A stretch of 64,000 bases of DNA, taken from assembly GCA_951406725.2 (NCBI GenBank), contig OX597815.1, positions 15,066,001-15,130,000 of the forward strand, given 5' to 3'. This DNA is from Octopus vulgaris (Eukaryota). Under the pieces are notes generated by a model. It was not told the DNA's origin. It did no database searches and saw only the letters and a program-made list of their open reading frames with translations. A program made the position numbers and the translations under genes. Positions 55,643-64,000 of the stretch are shown here, one piece after another (positions within the stretch are counted from its first letter, which is position 1; every line of letters starts with the position of its first letter).

Positions 55643-56733
55643 CATAATAATAATAATAATAATAATGAGAAGAAGAAGAAGAAGAAGAAGAAGAAGAAGA
55701 AGAAGAAGAAGAAGAAGAAGAAGAAGAAGAAGAAGAAGAAGAAGAAGAAGAAGAAGAAGATGTGCGTGTGTGTATACACGCATACATAGATACGCACATA
55801 TACACATACATCCATATACAGAAAAACATATGAAGAGAGTGTGCCCGACGTTTCATCCGATATAGGAAAGTAGTTAAGATATATAAAATTATATAATATT
55901 GGGTTTTCAGATAAATTAGTTCGTTTCTTTCCAATGTCATCTGAATTAATACGAGAATATTTTTATGGCAGAGCTCTATGGTATTGGTGGGAGAGTGTGT
56001 GTGTGTGTGTCTGAGTGTGTGCGTATATATGTGTGTGGGTATACCGACATACATAATACACAGATGTGTGTGTGTGTGTGTGTGTCTGTCTGTGTGTTTG
56101 TGTTTGCGTAAACCAGATTCTAGGCTAATCACTTTTAATAATATTTAAAATATTTTTGTCTACTAGGATGCTCACATTTTGTCAGTCCTGGAAGAATAAA
56201 AGCAAAGTCGACCCTGGTGTGCGATTTGAACTCAGAATATAAAGGACCGTTACTAAATATGAAAAGTATTATATTCGTTGAAACTCAACCGTTTTCTTTA
56301 TTTCTTTTTCGTTTCAGCTAACTCATGACACAGATATGGAATTAATATTGATTTATATCATTTGCACAAGATAGCAAAATATAACTCAAAACTCAACAGA
56401 CAGAGATAATGTCTGCTAGTAATAAATTCATGAAACCAGATACCATGGCCAAACGATTTAATGATTGCTGAAAGCAACCTGACTCCGACGGTTTGATAAT
56501 TTGAACAACAGCGATAACGAATGAGAAACAGACACACCATTGTTGCCACTTTGCTAAAAATAGGATTTCAAATACAAGAACAGTTATGTCTTGAAGATGT
56601 CAATGGATCTGAGGAATGTATCGATATTGAACAAATTATAAACGTTTAATATAAACATTTGAAAAACACTGAATTACTAAAGATATCTACTTGAGAATAA
56701 TCGGCTTCTCTTTCTCTCTAATCCCCCATTACA

Positions 56734-57285
56734 GGCGCAGGAGTGGCTACAAGCGCAGGAGTGGCTGTGTGGTATCACCATCTTCATCCACCACCACCAT
56801 CATCCATTAATGTCTTTGTCCAGCCCGTAGCTACTCTGTGTGCTGCCCTAGTGGCAAATTATTGAAATAAAGTAGCTTGCTAACCAACCACATGGTTCAG
56901 GGTTCAGTCCCACTGCGTGGCATCTTGGGCAAGTGTCTTCTGCTATAGCCCCGGGCCGACCAATGCTTTGTAAGTGGATTTGGTAGACGGAAACTGAAAG
57001 AAGCCCGTCGTATATATGTATATATATATATATATATATGCATGTGTGTGTGTGTGTGTGTATATATGTTTGTATGTCTGTATTTGTCCCCGCAACATCG
57101 TTTGACAATCGATGCTGGTGTGTTTACGTTCCCGTCACTTAGCGGTTCGGCAAAAGAGACCGATAGAATAAGTACTGGGCTTACAAAGAATAAGTCCCGG
57201 GGTCGATTTGCTCGAGTAAAGGCGGTGCTCCAGAATGGCCGCAGTCAAATGACTGAAACAAGTAAAAGAGTAAAAGAGTAAAATC
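56734..57285 (+). mobile_element. Composite CORE-type SINE with interrupted head
   Basis: Colinear with 54821-55265. The head start is duplicated, and ~95 bp are inserted at ~56774-56868. Confidence 0.78.
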
Positions 57286-57883
57286 GAGTATAGTCTCACA
57301 CACACGCACTTATACATAGACGTCGTGCGTAGGTTGCCGTAAGAAATACTCTTTATAACAAAAGATTGCTTGTGATTGACTTAGTAATATAAAAGTCACG
57401 TACATATTTTATTACTTCTACTGTGGCAGTGTTAAACTTCATTATCAAGTAAAAACAATTAATATAAATGGCTGGGAAATACATAAACAGTTGTTGTTTG
57501 AAAGCCAGTGTTAGGTACGTCTTGGAAAACACAAGTGAAAGTTTTCAAGGTCAGAAAATATATTGAAGGTTAGCAAATTCCGTGTGAGAACACTAGAAAA
57601 GTATTAATAGATCTTAGCATCGATATTTTCTGGCATGTGCCTATTACCTCTACAGAAGTGGTTACGTATGTCTCTCTAGTTGTGCCAATTACGAATGGAT
57701 CACAAATAGACACTTTAACTGCTGGAATAGTTCTAATTCAACTGTTAGGTCGGTGTAATTCTTCACTACACAACATTAAAGCCATTTGACATTGTTGTAT
57801 CGATAATTATAATACTAAAATAATTTCACCTGAAAATTCTGTTAAAAGAATGGTTAAAACAAAATTTAAGAATTGAATAAATC

Positions 57884-58668
57884 TATTTCTTTACTACATA
57901 CAAGGGGCTAAATACAGAGGAGACAAACAAGGACAGACAAACGGATTATTTCAATTATATTGATCCCAGTGCGTAACTGGTACTTATTTAACCGACCCCG
58001 AAAGGATGACAGGCAAAGTCGACCTCGGTGGAATTTGAACTCAGAATGTAACGGCAGACGAAATACCTATTTCTTTGCTATCCACAAGGGGCTAAACACA
58101 GAGAGGACAAACAAGGACAGACAAACGGATTATTTCAATTATATTGATCCCAGTGCGTAACTGGTACTTATTTAACCAACCCCGAAAGGATGACAGGCAA
58201 AGTCGACCTCGGTGGAATTTGAACTCAGAATGTAACGGCAGACGAAATACCTATTTCTTTGCTATCCACAAGGGGCTAAACACAGAGAGGACAAACAAGT
58301 ACAGACAAACGGATTAAGTCGATTATATCGACTCCAGTGCGTAACTGGTACTTATTTAATCGACCCCGAAAGGATGACAAGCAAAGTCGACCTCGGCGGA
58401 ATTTCAACTCAGAACGTAGCGGCAGACGAAATACCTATTTCTTTACTACCCACAAGGGGTTAAACACAGAGAGGACAAACAAGGACAGACAAACGGATTA
58501 AGTCGATTATATCGACTCCAGTACGTAACAGGTACTTAACTTATCGAACCCGAAAGGATGAAAGGCAAAGTCGACCTCGGCGGAATTTGAACTCAGAACG
58601 TAGCGGCAGACGAAATACTGCTAAGCATTTCGCCCGGCGTGCTAACGTTTCTGCCAGCTTGCCGCCTT
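57884..58668 (-). mobile_element. SINE tetramer with 18-bp TSD
   Basis: Four bodies and one head. Flanks are agaattgaataaatctat (57869-57886) and agaattaaataaatctat (58669-58686). Confidence 0.92.
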
Positions 58669-59258
58669 AGAATTAAATAAATCTATGAAAAATTATGCGT
58701 CATGAAAAAATTATGCGAGTCTTAGCATAATGTTGTCTGCTGATATGTCAGAATACTAAAGTTCCATTATATTTTGGTATTGTTGCTTTTAACGGAGGCG
58801 GAGATTTATGTGAGTGTCATAGAAACCATTTTTCCTTTCTCTTCAAAGTGCAACATTGTTGCGTTATTGTTTGTCCACTGAATGCAAAATATAGCTATGT
58901 GATTGAGGAGGTTCGCTTCGTGAGGTGGTCTTCAGTTTAATCCTGCGACACTGTAGGAAAGTGTCTTCTGCCATAGCCTTGGGTTCCCCAAAACATTGTG
59001 AGTGGAATTTATTGAATAGAAACTACGTGGAAACCCAAATTATAGAAGTAGATTTTGTTGGAACTCACGTTGGATATTCTGATACAATATGCTGTTTCCA
59101 AAAATATGCCACATAGATAACATTGATATTCATAGTGAAGAAATTGTGGGTATTTTCTTTCAGAAGGTCTAATGTTAATGGCCTGCTTCTGTATCGCAAA
59201 TGCTGTTGTTCCTGTAGTTCACAACCTGTACATAATTAGTTTATATTCATTTATATGG

Positions 59259-59671
59259 TACTATCAGCTTAGCCCGGTTTCACCCGGTCTGTTTGGATGA
59301 TGTGGCTATAATCGTTTTCGGTTGGGCATAATCTATAACAACATTTCTCAACCTTATCATTTCGGGTCCCCTGTTTCGATTGGATACTCCAGCTGTATGA
59401 AAATTTCCCGGCCCCACCCCATCAGAAAACAGCTTCTAAGCAACTGGTTGTTTTAATGGCGGAAGAAAGAGGGGAATTCCATTAGAAAAAGTTTTAAGCG
59501 ATTTTCTCGGTAAGTATGAGGGCTAGGAAAAAAATACAAACTGCATTCCAATCTATGCACCCGTTACCACATGTGTGCCATTTTTCATGCAAATCCACCC
59601 GGCCGTTTGGCTGTGAACCTCAAGACAAGAAAAAATACAATGATTGCCCCATGTCCAATTTATATTATAGA
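59259..59671 (+). mobile_element. Helentron/DINE-1-like non-autonomous element
   Basis: Start actatcagcttagcccggtttcacccgg hairpin, internal tgtgtgccatttttcatgcaaatcc, end tttatattatagat. Confidence 0.5.
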
Positions 59672-60704
59672 TATTCACTTCTTCGAAATATTGACCATGT
59701 AAAAGTAGGCTTCAATGGCAGTTCACTCTGGTTGACTTGCGTATCATCAATATTTCTGTTTATTCTGCAGCTTTAGATTTAGACTTTGGCCGTTAAAATC
59801 TAATCGTAATTTCTTCTGATAATTTTGTTGCTACTGGTATAATCAGATGTTGTTAGAATTTGTACGAGCATAATCAACAAAGACATGCAGAGGTTCTTCA
59901 TATCAGATGGAAAAGTAGTGGGTTGCATTAGTAATTACCTTCTCCCTCACACTCAACGGTTAGAAAGAGTTTAAATAAGAATCACATTTATTGTGCAGCA
60001 GAAATCTGTTTTATTTCCCAAGTTTGCTGGATTTTAGTTGAATACACAATGGCTAAATGTTATAGCTTTAATGCTCCATATAATTACGGAAATGTACTTG
60101 CATAGCGAGTGACTTGATCTGAGATTGTGTGCTGGAACGAAAACAATTGTAGCGTGGAAGGTGTTTATAAACCATTTAAGAAACACAGAAAAACCGTTAG
60201 ATTCACTTCAACATTTAAATTTAATTTGTCTGACAAAACTTTGTGCTGCATCTCCCATATAATATTCTTCCTTTGGCAAGATAGTAGTAGACTGGAGATG
60301 GTGAAATCGTGAACGCTAATGCTTACCGTAATGGCTTGCCACGAATCGTGGCAGAAAATGTAGAATGTTGCGAAAACCCGGTGACGGCAGTTGAGATATA
60401 TACCTGGTTTAGATAGGGAGCGGTTTTTTATGATCTTTATGAATATAGACCAAGATTCCTTGCCCTCTCACTGTAGACTTTTATTGCAAATGACAACAGG
60501 ATGGGAATATTCCTGGTCGTGATAGTCGGGGAGTGATAGTAGTGCAGAGTAAGGACGCGAAAAAAGGGCAACACACTCGACAATTTCGTGTCCATACCGC
60601 TTCTGAGGGTAGACTTGAGATTTTTGTTGTGTTATTCGTTGTGTGGTCGAGTGCGCACAGACCTGTGTGATGCTCACCAAATCTAGCCATCGTTTCTGTA
60701 TATT

Positions 60705-60926
60705 TGGCAGAAACGTTAGCACGCTGGGCGAAATGCTTAGCGGTATTTCGTCTGCTGTTACGTTCTGAGTTCAAATTCCGCCGTGGTCGACTTTGCCTTT
60801 CATCCTTTCGGGGTCGATAAATTAAGTACCAGTTACGCACTGAGGTCGATGTAATCGACTTAATACCTATGTCTGTCCTTGTTTGTCCCCTCTATGTTTA
60901 GCTCCTTGTGGGTAATTAAAAATTAG
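60705..60926 (+). mobile_element. Tail-B SINE monomer
   Basis: tggcagaaacgttagcacgctgggcgaaatgcttagcggtatttcg...gctccttgtgggtaattaaaaattag. Confidence 0.87.
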
Positions 60927-61356
60927 GTTTTTGAGCAATTGCTGCGTAAGCTAGTTGAGGGGTATCCTGCTTGAATAGGGGCGTTGCAAGACCTACAGGC
61001 ATGTGCAAACGATACCACCTTCATGATGTTGAATTCAATGTAAATATAGTATCTTTTATGGCGCACTATGCGTGTGTGTGTGTGTGAAAACCGGTTGTGC
61101 TTATGAACAAAAACTGCATATTAATTAGTGAAAGACGAAGATTTTTCTGATTTCCTGTTATTTTTCATTTATTCATTTTCTTAGAAAATCAGCAGCATTG
61201 TTACAGGCGTACAATTATTCCGATAAAGCAATTACGATTGCAAGATTACGTTGTTAAAAACTAATACGTCGTCATCTGCAGATAAGGCGTCTCAGAGAAA
61301 GATGTACAATGCTCGTCAGTCGTTTCCGTTATGTTTGTCTTTCCTTCAAAAGAAAA

Positions 61357-61392
<36 letters not shown>

Positions 61393-61994
61393 AAAAGAAA
61401 GCCAAAAATACAATTCTGTTGCATTTAATTATGGTTTCAAAATTTCGTACTAGGCCGGTAGGTTTTGGGGAGGGAATAAGTCGATTGAATTGACCCAAGT
61501 GTTCAACTGGTATTTATTTTGTCGACTTCAAAAGGATGAAAGGCAAAGTCGACCTTGGGGGAATTTTAATGCATATAACTACGACAGCGGGAAAGTATTT
61601 GTCAATACTGCAAGAAAACAGCTGAAATTCGATTGCAAACAAAGTGGAATTATCATCTGCGCAATTGACACCAAGCTGGAAATTAGTTTTTGTAATGCAT
61701 ATTCACTCGTTGCCGCGCAACCGTCTGGAACATTGTCACACCAACCGACTTCCGAGTATATGATGATATTTAGGGAGAGTTTACGAAAAAAAACAAAACA
61801 GAAGACGAAGACAGGTGATGTACAAAACAAATAGATGTATTAGTATAACGCTCAGGAATAGAAGCAGTCTTTTACTTTTCGAGCCTACGCTCTTCTACAG
61901 AAAGGGACACAGAAAAAACAAGGAGAGAAACAAGGAGAGAAAAAATGTGTGTAGTGGTTAACGATCTATCATGGCGACTGATGATATAAATCTA

Positions 61995-62211
61995 TTTCTT
62001 TACTCTTTTACTTATTTACTTGTTTCAGTCATTTGACTGCGGCCATGCTGGAGCACCGCCTTTAGTCGAGCAAATCGACCCCAGGACTTATTCTTTGTAA
62101 GCCTAGTACTTATTCTATCGATCTCTTTTGCCGAATCGTTAAGTTACGGGGACGGAAACACACCAGCATCGGTTCTCAAGTGATGTTGGGGGGATAAACA
62201 CAGACACACAA

Positions 62212-62255
<44 letters not shown>

Positions 62256-62490
62256 AGCAGCAGCATCGGTTGTCAAGTGATGCTGGTGGGACAAGCACAG
62301 ACACATACACATATATACATACATATATACGACGGGCTTCTTTTCAGTTTCCGTCCACCAAATCCATTCAAGGCTTTGGTCGGCCAGAAGCTATAGTAGA
62401 AAACACTTGCCCAAGGTCCTACGCAGTGGGATTGAACCCAGAACCTTGTGGTTGGTAAGTAAGCTACTTACCACACAACCACTCCTGCGA
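61995..62490 (-). mobile_element. Composite CORE-type SINE
   Basis: Reverse complement of the 54821-55265 family, with a small internal duplication. Confidence 0.8.
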
Positions 62491-62910
62491 CTTTGTGAAA
62501 GTTTAAAGAAAAATTACGAAACAATACACCGTTTTCCCAAATTAATTAAAGCTCAAATAATTAAATAGATTATATTGCAAAACAGTGAAGGCATGTGACT
62601 GATTGAGCGGAGCGTTGTGTTCTTGAGCAAAACACTTCATTTCAATTTGCTCCAATTCCCCTTTCGATCAAGGGGAAACGTTGGCCTGCTTGCCTGGCCA
62701 GCGGGGTGGCGTCATCTGAAGGCTAAAACAACGCATTGTGACCAGCGATGTATAACAACATCCGATAGCCTGGTCGGTCACGTGATCACACGCTATTGCA
62801 AAATATTGTCTACACAGTAATTGTTGCCGTTTAGCCCTAGGTCAGTTTTGTACAAGCAGGCCTATGTCCAAAAGAGCTCCAGCTGTGAGAATTTCGTCTT
62901 TCTATCAGTA

Positions 62911-63163
62911 TCAACATTTCAGTTTATCTTCATTTGAAATGGTAGCGGAAGTAATACTGGTGGTGATTTGGTTGCTGTCTTTTGGGGTTGCGGGTGGAGG
63001 TAGTGATTTTGATGGTGATGAATCAGTGAAACGTGTATCAATGTTATGGCCTCTACCTGACTCCTCCCCACATCGCACTGAGACGTTATCACTCCAGGTG
63101 TTTCCACTTGAAGATTCATCACTCCTGGATATCTCACCTGAAGAATCGTCATCCTGGGAATGT
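62911..63163 (-). CDS. Candidate terminal coding exon of a gene extending beyond the right edge (Ser/Asp/Thr/Pro-rich C-terminus)
   Basis: Stop-free (-) frame 63237-62911 without ATG. Acceptor-like cttcgtcatttcAG, then HSQDDDSSGEISRSDESSSGNTWSDNVSVRCGEESGRGHNIDTRFTDSSPSKSLPPPATPKDSNQITTSITSATISNEDKLKC*. Confidence 0.4.
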
Positions 63164-63494
63164 CTGAAATGACGAAGTCTCAGGTGTTGTTCCTGATAAG
63201 GCGAAGTGAGATTTGCAACATGTGGAAGAAGTTGGTGTCAGTAGGTATTTAATTTTTTTTTTTTTTTTTTGCGAAAAATTGAAGGCGACAGGAAAGCAAC
63301 CCCTTCTTCGACTCACTCAAGCATCAGACTCTTGCAACATTTGAAATAGCAAAAAGACAGACCCATAAGTTAAAAGGAAGAAATTATATAAAAAATAAAA
63401 TCATGGATTTTTACAAATAATTGTGCAACTTTTATCAATAGGGACAATCGGATTACACACAAACATGTACACACACACGCACACACATACACCC

Positions 63495-63579
<85 letters not shown>

Positions 63580-63880
63580 CGTAAAGTGTACTAGCCATCT
63601 GAATGTGGCTAGCCACTGGGGGTGGGTGTTACTGAAGCTTTTAGCCCCAGGAGATCATCGTCTCCAGCTGGCTTTAGACACACTTTCTGTGCCCTTCTGA
63701 TATTCGCAAAGGGAGGTCATCCACTCTCTAAAACCTAAGTGATACATACGGACTATAGTTTCGAGGTATTTGCCTCTCGTCAACGTACGGTAATCACCGA
63801 TTTTCGATTGGAGTGACCTGTTTGCGAATATCTATTTAATGTTTTTCCCAGCAATCACTGTCACTGATTTAGAAAAACTG

Positions 63881-63933
<53 letters not shown>

Positions 63934-64000
63934 AATAACGAGGGAGATAAACTGAATATTAATTTTTAATTAATATCAATTTAAAACCAGTAGCCTGGCA

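Overview
This is AT-rich, repeat-dominated eukaryotic genomic DNA. The SINE families and very large microsatellite fields are consistent with an octopus (cephalopod) genome, which is an inference from recognised repeats. One convincing host gene is present: an uninterrupted 642-aa ORF (5411-7339, +) encoding a secreted protein with a signal peptide, an acidic Ser-Gly region, six Sushi/CCP domains and a C-terminal SRCR domain. A possible terminal exon of a second gene lies at about 62.9-63.2 kb (-). The rest consists of three decayed mariner elements, LINE remnants (R4/Dong, CR1-like, RTE), Penelope-like remnants carrying hammerhead-ribozyme motifs, MITEs, many tRNA-derived SINEs and simple repeats. 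Most long ORFs in the track are microsatellite artefacts. Notable structures: (1) SINE concatemers of 1-7 units that all use one exact junction, several within a single target-site duplication; (2) hammerhead motifs in an inverted/tandem Penelope-type repeat; (3) fold-back inversions centred on (TA)n tracts; (4) a 117-bp templated insertion inside a mariner; (5) a 2.45-kb GGT satellite that appears to have grown from a short seed still visible in a nearby paralogous copy.
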